Of a stretch of DNA of 64,000 nucleotides, positions 37,715-46,245 are shown one piece after another. The notes under the pieces were generated by a model. That model saw nothing but the letters and a program-made list of their open reading frames with translations, was not told the DNA's origin and did no database searches. Made by a program: the position numbers and the translations under genes. The number at the start of each line of letters is the position of its first letter. Positions within the stretch are counted from its first letter, which is position 1. The stretch is from an uncultured bacterium (lineage in GTDB: Bacteria > Patescibacteriota > Patescibacteriia > SG8-24 > DYFX01): assembly GCA_937900255.1 (NCBI GenBank), contig CALCDZ010000002.1, forward strand, positions 73,655-137,654, read 5' to 3'.

Positions 37715-38188
37715 ATGCCTGCACCGCGCGTCGGGACCGAAGCCCCGGCTTTCAACCTTCCGGACCAGGAAGGCAAGATGCACGCTCTCAAGGACTATGC
37801 GGGCCGGTGGGTACTGCTGTATTTCTATCCCAAGGACGACACGCCCGGCTGTACCGTCGAGGCCTGCGCGCTCCGGGACAATTTCCCGAAGTTCAAGAAG
37901 CTGAAAGCCGCCGTGCTTGGCGTCAGCGTCGACCCGGTCAAGAGGCACGCCAAGTTCGCGGAAAAATACGAGCTGCCCTTCATCCTGCTTTCCGACGAGG
38001 GGAAGACGCTGGTGAACGCCTACGGCGTCTGGGCCAAGAAGAAATTCATGGGTCGGGAATACATGGGCATCCTCCGCTGGTCCTTCCTCATCAATCCTGA
38101 AGGCAAGATCGCCAAGATCTATGAAGACGTCAAACCGGCCGGGCATGCGGAAGAAGTCCTCAAGGACCTCGAAGTTTTCAGGGCTTGA
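37715..38188 (+). CDS. bcp: thiol peroxidase Bcp (peroxiredoxin)
   Basis: Peroxidatic Cys motif KDDTPGCTVEAC. Confidence 0.85.
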   Translation: MPAPRVGTEAPAFNLPDQEGKMHALKDYAGRWVLLYFYPKDDTPGCTVEACALRDNFPKFKKLKAAVLGVSVDPVKRHAKFAEKYELPFILLSDEGKTLVNAYGVWAKKKFMGREYMGILRWSFLINPEGKIAKIYEDVKPAGHAEEVLKDLEVFRA

Positions 38189-38444
38189 GACGCCTTTCGC
38201 GCAGAGGGTCTACGCCGTCGTCGCCAAGATCCCGCGCGGGCAGACGCGCACGTACGGGGAGGTCGCCAAGGCTGCCGGACGGCCGGGAGCGGCGCGCGCG
38301 GTCGGTACGATCATGGCGCATAATCTCGATACCAAGCGCGTGCCATGCCACCGGGTCATCCGGGCGGACGGCAAGGTAGGGGAGTACGCTTTCGGCGGCC
38401 CCACGAAGAAGTCGGCGCTCTTGAAGAAAGAAGGGGCTCTCTAG
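38145..38444 (+). CDS. MGMT-family protein (methylated-DNA--protein-cysteine methyltransferase C-terminal domain only)
   Basis: Active-site PCHRVIRADG; ORF overlaps 3' end of bcp in another frame, start uncertain (38121 or 38145). Confidence 0.55.
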   Translation: MRKKSSRTSKFSGLETPFAQRVYAVVAKIPRGQTRTYGEVAKAAGRPGAARAVGTIMAHNLDTKRVPCHRVIRADGKVGEYAFGGPTKKSALLKKEGAL

Positions 38445-38445
38445 C

Positions 38446-39936
38446 ATGCGCATCCTTCGATCCATCGCGCTTCCACAGGAAGTCGCTGCCGATATCCTGG
38501 TCGTCGGCGTCTTTGAGGGTTCCGAGATCACGCCAGTTTCGCGCCTGGATGCCGCGCTCGGCGGGCATCTTTCGGAGCACGTGCGGGAAGAGGCTTTCAA
38601 GGCGGAAACCGGCGCGACGATCGTCATCCATACGCATGGCAAGCTGCCGTACCGCAAGCTGGCGCTGCTCGGCCTCGGTGCCCGCAAGGGTTTCGACGTC
38701 AGCCGGCTCCGTAGCGCCGCTGCGGGGGCAGTGAAGATGGCGGAAGCCTCCAAAGCCAAGGCCCTCGCGCTCTGGATCCCGCTCGAACGTTCCGGGGCGA
38801 AGATCGGCGAGGCCCTACAGGCCGCGGCCGAAGGTCTCTTGCTCGGCGGCTATCGGTACGACGCCTACAAGGGAGAGAAGAAAGCCAAGACGCTGGAGAC
38901 GGCGACCGTGCTGGTCGCGACGAACGTGAACGCCAAGGCCTTCGAGAAGGCGGTGGCGGACGCGGAAGCTTTCGCGGGCGCCTCGATGTACGCGCGCCAT
39001 CTCGTGAACACGCCGGCCCTCGACATGCATCCGGCCACGTTCGTCCAGGAGGCCTTGGCGCTCGCGGTCGGACAGAAGCGGATGTCGATCAAGATTTACG
39101 GGCGCAAGGAGCTTCAGGACATGGGTTGCGGAGGCATCCTGGCCGTAGCGCAAGGGTCCGCTCATGAGCCGAAGATGATTCACTTGGCGTACAAGCCGCC
39201 GAACGCCAGGAAGCGCGTCGTCCTGGTCGGCAAGGGCGTGACGTTCGATTCCGGCGGCCTTTCCATCAAACCGGCCGACGGCATGATGGATATGAAGATC
39301 GACATGGCCGGTGCCGCCGCCGTGCTGGGCGTCTTCCGCGCGCTCGCGACGCTCAAGCTCCAGATCGAAGTCCATGGCGTCATGGCGATGGTCGAGAACA
39401 TGCCTTCCGGCACCGCCATCCGACCCGGCGACATCGTGAAGACCATGTCCGGCAAGACGATCGAGATCCTGAACACCGATGCCGAAGGCCGCGTGACCTT
39501 GGCCGACGCGCTCTTTTACGGCGCGGAACTCAAGCCTGACCTGATGATCGATCTCGCCACCCTGACCGGCGCCGCCATCATCGCGCTCGGTCACGATATC
39601 GGCGCCTTGCTGTCCGACGACGACAGGCTCGCCGTCCGCTTGGAGCAGGCCGCCGCAGTCTCGGGCGAATCGGTCTGGAGGTTGCCGCTTTACGCGCCCT
39701 ACGCCGAACAGGTAAAGGGCCGTCACGCTGACTTCAAGAACATCGGCGGCAAAGGCGGGCCGGGCACCATCACCGCCGGGCTTTTCCTCAAGGAATTCAT
39801 CGGGGAGACGGCCTCTTGGGCTCACCTGGACATCGCGGGTCCTGCTTACAACGAGAAGGAATATCAGGACGAAAGATCATGGGGCGCGAGCGGGTATGGA
39901 GCGAGGTTGTTGTTGGAGTTTTTGAGGAAGTTGTGA
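38446..39936 (+). CDS. pepA: leucyl aminopeptidase (M17 family)
   Basis: NTDAEGRVTLADAL M17 signature, metal ligands (VGKGVTFDSGG). Confidence 0.85.
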   Translation: MRILRSIALPQEVAADILVVGVFEGSEITPVSRLDAALGGHLSEHVREEAFKAETGATIVIHTHGKLPYRKLALLGLGARKGFDVSRLRSAAAGAVKMAEASKAKALALWIPLERSGAKIGEALQAAAEGLLLGGYRYDAYKGEKKAKTLETATVLVATNVNAKAFEKAVADAEAFAGASMYARHLVNTPALDMHPATFVQEALALAVGQKRMSIKIYGRKELQDMGCGGILAVAQGSAHEPKMIHLAYKPPNARKRVVLVGKGVTFDSGGLSIKPADGMMDMKIDMAGAAAVLGVFRALATLKLQIEVHGVMAMVENMPSGTAIRPGDIVKTMSGKTIEILNTDAEGRVTLADALFYGAELKPDLMIDLATLTGAAIIALGHDIGALLSDDDRLAVRLEQAAAVSGESVWRLPLYAPYAEQVKGRHADFKNIGGKGGPGTITAGLFLKEFIGETASWAHLDIAGPAYNEKEYQDERSWGASGYGARLLLEFLRKL

Positions 39937-39983
39937 GACGGCGAATATCCTCTTCCGAATAGAAAAAAACACCCTTTCGGATG

Positions 39984-40586
39984 TCACTCAGCGACGAATG
40001 TCACGGCGATACCGTCCGTTCTGAGCCAGTTGAGCATGGGGTTCGGGAGGGCGCCGACGAGAGCGCGCCTATGAGCGCGGCGGATGCGGCGGAGGATCTG
40101 GTTTTCCCAGCCATCATAGAGGGTGACGTCTGGATACCAGTTCGTTTGCGCCTCCGGATCGTCCGGGTTCCTGTAGCCGATGCTGCCGGTCCTATCGCAG
40201 GCGAACAGCCGCAGGTTTTCATGGGTGAGGCGAGGCAGCATCGCTTCGTTAAAGTCGGAAGCTCGGAGCTTGCCTTCCATGCCAGTGGCGTACTTCTTGA
40301 CCAGCATGTGCCATCGGGTGGCGATCGGGCTGGCCAGATGGATTTCGACTTCCTGGAGCAGGTCGGTGGGCAGGTGCTCGGGGATGCCGTGTGTACGGAG
40401 CCATGCGAGCGTTTCCTCGGTCAGGCCGAAACCCAAATTATGTGAAGGGTCGCCAGCGAGCTCTTTGCGGAGGCCGTCGATCAGGATGCCCTTGGCGCGG
40501 CCGTGGATGAAGGGAATGATCAGTGATTGTACCTCACCGAGGGCGACACCCCCGGCATTCACGTACCGTGCAGCGAAGTAACTCAT
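39984..40586 (-). CDS. hypothetical protein
   Basis: ORF without recognisable motifs; start at MSYFAARY chosen, ORF extends to 40643. Confidence 0.35.
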   Translation of the reverse strand: MSYFAARYVNAGGVALGEVQSLIIPFIHGRAKGILIDGLRKELAGDPSHNLGFGLTEETLAWLRTHGIPEHLPTDLLQEVEIHLASPIATRWHMLVKKYATGMEGKLRASDFNEAMLPRLTHENLRLFACDRTGSIGYRNPDDPEAQTNWYPDVTLYDGWENQILRRIRRAHRRALVGALPNPMLNWLRTDGIAVTFVAE

Positions 40587-40692
40587 CGGACACTCCTTGC
40601 AAGCGTGTGGCGCAAGCGTGCCATACATCGAGCATGATTGCAAGACTCTTGAAATCGGCTGGCAGGAGCGCAGAGTTCCAAATAATGATGGT

Positions 40693-40720
40693 AAAAAGAC
40701 GGCCGCTGGGGCCGTCTTTT
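40693..40720 (-). terminator. rho-independent terminator downstream of the minus-strand peroxiredoxin gene
   Basis: AGACGGCC-gctgg-GGCCGTCT flanked by A-run/T-run (AAAAAGACGGCC...GGCCGTCTTTT). Confidence 0.65.
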
Positions 40721-40727
40721 CCCGTTC

Positions 40728-41249
40728 CTAGGCTTTTCCGAGCGTCTTCTCTCCGGGCGTCCACTCCAGCGGGCAGAGTTCGCCGGTCTGGAGGGCCTGC
40801 AGGGCGCGGAGGGTCTCCTTGACGGAGCGCCCGACGCCGTTGTCGTGGACCAGGGCGTAACGGACTTTGCCTTCAGGATCGATGATGAAGGTTCCGCGCA
40901 GCGAAACGCCTTCTTCTTCGACCAGGACTCCGTAGTCGCGGCTGACGGCCATGGTCTTGTCGGAGAGCAGCGGGTACTTGAGGGCGCCGAGCTCCTTCAG
41001 CCATGCCTTGTGCGAGTGGACCGAGTCGGTCGAGACGCCCAGCACCTTGGCGTTCAGCTTCTCGAACTCTTCGTCGGCTTTGGAGAAGCCGGTGATCTCC
41101 GTCGGGCAGATGAAGGTGAAGTCGAGCGGGTAGAAGAACAGCACGACCCACTTGCCGCGGTAGTCCGTGAGGGCGTGGAACTCGAAGGCCTCGTGCGAGA
41201 CGCCTTGGAGCTTGAAGTCCGGCGCCTGCTTGCCGATCAGCGTTTGCAT
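40728..41249 (-). CDS. 2-Cys peroxiredoxin (AhpC/Prx1 family)
   Basis: FTFICPTE peroxidatic Cys motif and C-terminal resolving Cys (GELCPLEW). Confidence 0.85.
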   Translation of the reverse strand: MQTLIGKQAPDFKLQGVSHEAFEFHALTDYRGKWVVLFFYPLDFTFICPTEITGFSKADEEFEKLNAKVLGVSTDSVHSHKAWLKELGALKYPLLSDKTMAVSRDYGVLVEEEGVSLRGTFIIDPEGKVRYALVHDNGVGRSVKETLRALQALQTGELCPLEWTPGEKTLGKA

Positions 41250-41271
41250 GGCGATTCCTTATGATAATGAA

Positions 41272-41296
41272 GAGCCTCGCCGCGGAGGCGAGGCTT
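41272..41296 (-). terminator. perfect GC hairpin between sodA stop and peroxiredoxin start
   Basis: AGCCTCGCC-gcgga-GGCGAGGCT, flanked by imperfect extended palindrome (tatgataatgaag / cttcatcataa). Confidence 0.55.
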
Positions 41297-41306
41297 CATC
41301 ATAACT

Positions 41307-41906
41307 TCAGGCTTTCGGCAGGTCAAACTTCTCGAGCTGGGCGTTGACGGCGGCCCAATCGACGATCTGCATGAAGGCCTCGATGTACTTCTTCTTTCCG
41401 GTGGCGTAGTCGATGAAGTAGGCGTGCTCGTAGATGTCGAGCACCAGGAGCGGGACCTGGCCCCAGACGCCGCCCTGGTTGTGGATGTCGCAGACGATGT
41501 TCATGAGGCGCTTCTCCTCCAAATCATAGGCCAGGACGGTCCAGCCACGGGAAGCCAGGCCGCAGGCGGCGAACTCGGCGGCCCATTTCTCGAAGGAGCC
41601 GAAATCACGCATGATAAGGTCGGCGATGGCGCCTTCCGGAGCGCCGCCCTTGCCGCCGAGGTTGTCGAAATAGCGTTCGTGGAGCTTCACGCCGTTCAAG
41701 GCAAAGGTCTCCTCGATCTTCAGTTCACGCAGGTCGCTGTGGGTGGCGTTGGCGAGCGTGAGGTCGACGGCGCCGAGCTTGGCGCGGATCTCGTTGGTCT
41801 TCTTGACGTAGCCGGCGTACAGGACGTCGTGGTGCTCGGAGAGCTGTTTTTCAGATAGTCCGGGCAGTTCCTTGTACTTGAGAGGTTTCACTTGCAGTTC
41901 CGACAT
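41307..41906 (-). CDS. sodA: Fe/Mn superoxide dismutase
   Basis: DIYEHAYFIDY (SOD signature DxWEHAYY-like), metal ligand His residues; start at MSELQVKPL. Confidence 0.85.
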   Translation of the reverse strand: MSELQVKPLKYKELPGLSEKQLSEHHDVLYAGYVKKTNEIRAKLGAVDLTLANATHSDLRELKIEETFALNGVKLHERYFDNLGGKGGAPEGAIADLIMRDFGSFEKWAAEFAACGLASRGWTVLAYDLEEKRLMNIVCDIHNQGGVWGQVPLLVLDIYEHAYFIDYATGKKKYIEAFMQIVDWAAVNAQLEKFDLPKA

Positions 41907-42083
41907 AAAGGAGAGTTCGTACGTTAGGGACGGGCTCAAGCATAGCAAACCCCTCCGGAAAGCGTCTATGAGGCCAGCGAGTCCACGGCACCTTCATATT
42001 CCGAGATTTCGAACCAATCCACGGCACGTCCTACCAGGCGGCGATACATCGATTTGAACTTCCTTCTGCTCATATATATGCGG

Positions 42084-42686
42084 TTAGTATTTTCGGAGCA
42101 CGGCGCGGACGACGCCTTGAATCAGGGGGTCGAAGGCGTAGATGGGGGACATGGTGGCGTTGGCGGGCTGGAGGCGGATGCGGTTCGTTTCCCGATAGAA
42201 GCGCTTGAGGGTGGCGTAGGTGTTTTCGAGCAGGGCCACGACGATGTCGCCATTCTTGGGCGAAGGGTTGCGTTCGACCACCACGTAGTCGCCGTCCAAG
42301 ATGCCGTCATCGATCATCGAGGTGCCCTTCACCTTCAGGACGTAGGAGTTGATCTCGTCGACGACCATGTCCGCCGGGACGTCGATCGTATCGTCGGTCT
42401 CGATCGCTTCGATCGGAGAACCGGCGGTGATCAGTCCACGCAGGGGCAGCCCGATGGCCGGCCGGCGCATGGTCGCTTTGGGCGTCAGCGAGAGGGAGCG
42501 CCCGCCGTCGTGCCGGAGGACGTAGCCTTTCTTTTCGAGCAGCGACACGTGCTTGTGGATGGTGGCGGGACTGGACGCGCCCATGGCCGTCGCGAGTTCG
42601 CGGTAGCTCGGCATGACCCCGCGCATCCCGACGTGTTCCTGGATGGCATCCAGCAACTCTTTCTGTTTTGAAGTGAGCTCGAACAT
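42084..42686 (-). CDS. lexA: LexA repressor
   Basis: N-terminal wHTH (LTSKQKELLDAIQEHV), Ala-Gly cleavage site region, S24 peptidase Ser/Lys (GTSMIDDGI...KRF). Confidence 0.85.
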   Translation of the reverse strand: MFELTSKQKELLDAIQEHVGMRGVMPSYRELATAMGASSPATIHKHVSLLEKKGYVLRHDGGRSLSLTPKATMRRPAIGLPLRGLITAGSPIEAIETDDTIDVPADMVVDEINSYVLKVKGTSMIDDGILDGDYVVVERNPSPKNGDIVVALLENTYATLKRFYRETNRIRLQPANATMSPIYAFDPLIQGVVRAVLRKY

Positions 42687-42705
42687 AGATGGAGCGTGAT
42701 TAGAT

Positions 42706-42746
42706 GTTCGCTTATCGTTCGCAGTATAGACGAACGAAAGGCGAAC
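42706..42746 (+). promoter_or_regulatory. candidate LexA operator: two GTTC-N7-GTTC motifs in inverted orientation
   Basis: GTTCgcttatcGTTC (42706-42720) and GAACgaaaggcGAAC (42732-42746), 20-60 bp upstream of lexA start, in the lexA/zinc-ribbon divergent region. Confidence 0.5.
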
Positions 42747-42843
42747 GCGTCAAGCAGTAGACTGTGGACAACTTTTTGCCTTGTTTGAGGCCGGGCGTGT
42801 TGCTATACTCGCGGTGGTTAAAAATTCTGGATGATCTTTACGT

Positions 42844-43050
42844 ATGGGCATGTCGTACGCCTGTCCCTTCTGCGGAGAACTGAACGCCCGTGACCTCGCC
42901 TTCCGCTGCGGCCTCTGCAGCGCCGCGACCGTCGACGAGGCTGATGGCGCGTTCTTCTGCAACAGCTGCGGCGAAATCCGGAAAGACGATCTTTCCCTTG
43001 AATGCGGATTGTGCGGCGCCGAAGAATTGGCTGTCGCCGAAGCTGCGTGA
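42844..43050 (+). CDS. small zinc-ribbon protein with four CxxC pairs
   Basis: CPFC...CGLC...CNSC...CGLC; divergent from lexA sharing the candidate operator region; own terminator. Confidence 0.5.
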   Translation: MGMSYACPFCGELNARDLAFRCGLCSAATVDEADGAFFCNSCGEIRKDDLSLECGLCGAEELAVAEAA

Positions 43051-43068
43051 CCGGCTCGATCGGAAAGG

Positions 43069-43097
43069 AAACCCCGCGGAAAGATCCGCGGGGTTTT
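43069..43097 (+). terminator. rho-independent terminator
   Basis: CCCCGCGGA-aaga-TCCGCGGGG + TTTT. Confidence 0.7.
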
Positions 43098-43111
43098 GCG
43101 TCCCGCCGGCA

Positions 43112-43140
43112 TTGACAAGTCGCCTGGAAAATGCGAGAAT
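43112..43140 (+). promoter_or_regulatory. sigma70-like promoter for kinase gene
   Basis: -35 TTGACA, 17-nt spacer, -10 GAGAAT; RBS AAAGGTGGG before ATG. Confidence 0.4.
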
Positions 43141-43176
43141 CACGCCTGCATGATCTTTGAAAGGTGGGTACCTTAA

Positions 43177-44019
43177 ATGGAAAACGGTCCGTTTCCAGAA
43201 AGAGTCCTCGGGGGACGCTATGTCCTTGACTGTCTGCTGGAAAAGGGTGGCATGAGCCATATCTATCGCGCTTGGGACAGCGTCGGCGACACGTACGTCG
43301 CGATCAAGATCGCCGACCCGGGTACGTCCGGTCGCGACGTCCTCAGGCTGCAGCGGGAAGTCGTCGCTCTTGCCGGCCTGCGCCATCCGCGCGTCGTGCA
43401 GGTGCTCGATGCCGGTTTTGCGCGATCGACGAATACGCCCGGTTATTATGCCGCTCTCGAGCTTCTCGATGGCATCCCGCTCGATGAGTTTCGGGCTCAC
43501 GGAGAAGTCGCTTGCTGCATCAGGATCATCCTGGAGCTTCTGGAGGGCTTGGAGGCCGTGCATGCCGCCGGGTTGGTGCATTGCGACATCAAGCCGGACA
43601 ACATCGTGCTTACGTGCGCAGGCCTGAAGATCATCGATTTCGGGATCGCTACGCTCACGGCGAGGCTCCGTCCGGAAGACATCGAACCTCCCGGACTTTG
43701 CACGGGCACCCCTCTGTTCATGGCCCCGGAGCAGCATCTTGCACGGCGCCTTCTTGATGCCCGGACCGATCTGTATGCGTGCGGCCTCACCCTCTATTTC
43801 CTATTGACAGGCACGTTCGCATTTCCGGATAAGACGTCGTATCAGGAACTCGTGGGGATGAAGATGGAAGATCGCTCCGCTCCCTTTTCGGCGTCAGCTC
43901 CGAAGTTCAGGTTCCCGCCCGGCCTTGAAGACGCGGTGTCTCGTGCGCTTCGTGCCGATCCGGATCAACGGTACCAATCCGCAGACGAGATGCGGTGGGC
44001 ATTGCGTCAGTTCATCTGA
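43177..44019 (+). CDS. Hanks-type serine/threonine protein kinase (kinase domain only, no sensor/TM)
   Basis: VAIK (ATP-binding Lys), HCDIKPDN catalytic loop, DFG, APE motifs; 280 aa. Confidence 0.8.
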   Translation: MENGPFPERVLGGRYVLDCLLEKGGMSHIYRAWDSVGDTYVAIKIADPGTSGRDVLRLQREVVALAGLRHPRVVQVLDAGFARSTNTPGYYAALELLDGIPLDEFRAHGEVACCIRIILELLEGLEAVHAAGLVHCDIKPDNIVLTCAGLKIIDFGIATLTARLRPEDIEPPGLCTGTPLFMAPEQHLARRLLDARTDLYACGLTLYFLLTGTFAFPDKTSYQELVGMKMEDRSAPFSASAPKFRFPPGLEDAVSRALRADPDQRYQSADEMRWALRQFI

Positions 44020-44033
44020 TCGCCGTTCGAGCG

Positions 44034-44056
44034 CCGACCCAAGCGGGTCGGTTTTA
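44034..44056 (+). terminator. rho-independent terminator after kinase gene
   Basis: CCGACCC-aagc-GGGTCGG + TTTT. Confidence 0.65.
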
Positions 44057-44129
44057 TTGTCTCAAAGCCTGACGGCGTGCCTGCTTTTCCTGTATGATGA
44101 GCCCGTCATTCTTCCCGTTAAAAGGCGTT

Positions 44130-44972
44130 ATGGGGCATAGAGTTTCATCGGAACGGCCTCTTGTGGAAAAGGGCGAAAGCAAGATCGAACGCGGACTGAA
44201 CGAGTTCCGCCTGTATCGCGTCGCCCCGGCCGATCGGCTGCTGCATCTCCAGCCGTCAGGCGAAGATGATGCGGCGCGCGCCTACTACCAGCGGACCCTG
44301 CATTTCACGACGCAGAAGAACATGGCACTGGAGTACCGGAACCCGGATGGCAGGAAGACGGTCCTGCTCGAACAGCGCGGGAAGGATTTTCTCGAAGACT
44401 TGAGGGATTTCGAGACGAGCGCTCCGGACGTGCGTCTGCTCCTGCTCAGCCATGAGGACCTGCGACCGATGGCCGCAGGGAACCTCAAAGGCATGCGCCC
44501 CGAAGACGCGCAGCGGTTCCTGGCCTCACGGACCTACCGGCCCTCGGAGGTCTCGCTCCGGGCCTTCCGTCAGAGCGCCGAAGTCGCGGTCTTCATGCCG
44601 GAAGGCGAGGATGTCCTGCTGCTCACGCAATCGCACCTCAAGATCAAAGGCTTGAAGGGGCTGGTCGACGCGGCCGGCAAGCGCGACGGTCGGTATCCGT
44701 ACGGATCGGGCGGGTTCCATGTGGCCGCCGGCGTCCGGCATCACGAAGGCGATCCGCGGCTCAAGAAGCTGCAGGCCGAGAAACGGGCGCTGGAACGCGC
44801 AGGAGAACGGATCGTCGAAGAAATCGTCAGGACGGCGCGGCAGGCGTCGCCTCCGGAAACGGAGGCTGTCATGCAGGCACGCCGGGAGGAGGAACGGAAG
44901 CGGCGGCTCGAGAACGAACGTGAAATCTCCGAGCTGCGCTGGCGCATCCAGGATCTGCATGACGGTACGTGA
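44130..44972 (+). CDS. hypothetical protein with charged C-terminal coiled-coil
   Basis: No recognisable motifs; start ambiguous (44094 MMSPS or 44130 MGHRV with AAAGG RBS). Confidence 0.4.
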   Translation: MGHRVSSERPLVEKGESKIERGLNEFRLYRVAPADRLLHLQPSGEDDAARAYYQRTLHFTTQKNMALEYRNPDGRKTVLLEQRGKDFLEDLRDFETSAPDVRLLLLSHEDLRPMAAGNLKGMRPEDAQRFLASRTYRPSEVSLRAFRQSAEVAVFMPEGEDVLLLTQSHLKIKGLKGLVDAAGKRDGRYPYGSGGFHVAAGVRHHEGDPRLKKLQAEKRALERAGERIVEEIVRTARQASPPETEAVMQARREEERKRRLENEREISELRWRIQDLHDGT

Positions 44973-44973
44973 T

Positions 44974-46245
44974 ATGTTCGAAGGTCATCCCGTCAAGGAA
45001 CGCCTGCGCGCCTGGTCCCAAGAACTGCCGGGTTCGCGCTGGTACGTGGTCGGCGGCGCGGTGCGGGATGCCTTGCTGGGCCGCGTCATCAAGGATGTCG
45101 ACGTGCTGGTCGCGGGCGTCGCGCCGGAGGACCTCGTGGCATTCTTGGAAGCGCGTGGCGCCGTCGACTATGTCGGTCGCGTCTTCGGAGTCTTCAAGTT
45201 CGCCTCGCGCGAAGGAGGCATCCGCATCGACATCGCCCTGCCGCGTCGCGAACGGTCGGCAGGGACGGGCGGCTATCGCGACGTGGCGGCGCAGTCCGAT
45301 CCCGGCTTGCCGATCGAAGATGACCTTGCACGACGTGATTTCACGATCAACGCCATGGCATGGGACGCGACCGAGGGGGTCATCGTCGATCCCTTCGGCG
45401 GCGTCGCCGACCTCGGGCGCAAGATGCTGCGGGCCGTCGGAGACGCGGAAACGCGTTTCTTGGAAGACTGCACGCGGATGTTGCGCGCCCTGCGCTTCTC
45501 TTGCCAGTTGGGATTCGTCATCGAACCGCTGACCTGGGGCGCGCTCGGGCGGCTCATGCCGCGCATCGAGGGCGTGCGGGAGGGGGAGCGCCTGGTGCCG
45601 TACGAGCTCATCGCCCGCGAGCTCCTGAAAAGCCTGGAAGCGGATCCGGGGCGCGCGGTCGAGATGTGGCGCGGCAGCGGGGCGTTCCGCGCTTTCCTGC
45701 CGGAGCTCGTCGCGGAGGATGCGGTCGCGCGTCGCTTGGCGGCGATCGGTCCTGGTCATGGCGAAGCCACGTTCGCGGGGCTGCTCCATGACGCGGGTCC
45801 GGAGCGGGCCGGCGCGATCGCGGAGCGGTTGCGCGCTTCGGCGGTCCCGGGTTTCGACGTCTCGCGCGGCCGTGTCAGTCGGACGATCGACCTCGCGCAC
45901 AGGATGCAGGCGCGCGGCGCAGAGGACTGGCGCCCTTCGGAACTCCGCCGCAGCTTCCTGGCCGATGCCGTCGTCGGCGATGACGCGCTGCTCCTGGCGG
46001 GCGGCTTGGGCGTCGATCCGGAAGCTTACGTGCGACGTCTGGCATCGATCCGCGAACGATGCGCGGCTCCGCTTCTGGACGGCGAAGGCGTGATGCGCCT
46101 TTTGGGCCTGAAGCCCGGTCCGGAAATCCGCCAGGCGCTCGACCTCTTGATGGATGCGCAGGCAGAGGGTAAGATCGGCAGTCCTGAGGAGGCCGAAGCC
46201 TTCTTGAAGGACGCCGACCATGACCTTCGTCATCCACTATGCTGA
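44974..46245 (+). CDS. CCA tRNA nucleotidyltransferase / poly(A) polymerase family protein
   Basis: Pol-beta NTase head motif GGAVRD...DVDV, RNA-binding and HD-like C-terminal region (LLHDAGP). Confidence 0.75.
   Translation: MFEGHPVKERLRAWSQELPGSRWYVVGGAVRDALLGRVIKDVDVLVAGVAPEDLVAFLEARGAVDYVGRVFGVFKFASREGGIRIDIALPRRERSAGTGGYRDVAAQSDPGLPIEDDLARRDFTINAMAWDATEGVIVDPFGGVADLGRKMLRAVGDAETRFLEDCTRMLRALRFSCQLGFVIEPLTWGALGRLMPRIEGVREGERLVPYELIARELLKSLEADPGRAVEMWRGSGAFRAFLPELVAEDAVARRLAAIGPGHGEATFAGLLHDAGPERAGAIAERLRASAVPGFDVSRGRVSRTIDLAHRMQARGAEDWRPSELRRSFLADAVVGDDALLLAGGLGVDPEAYVRRLASIRERCAAPLLDGEGVMRLLGLKPGPEIRQALDLLMDAQAEGKIGSPEEAEAFLKDADHDLRHPLC

Noticed and set aside
42001-42083. Region downstream of lexA (61-aa ORF 41872-42057 and flanking) as a possible small toxin or sRNA
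   Set aside because: No RBS or promoter features are evident and the composition is unremarkable. It lies between convergent/tandem minus-strand genes and looks like ordinary intergenic or 3'-UTR sequence.
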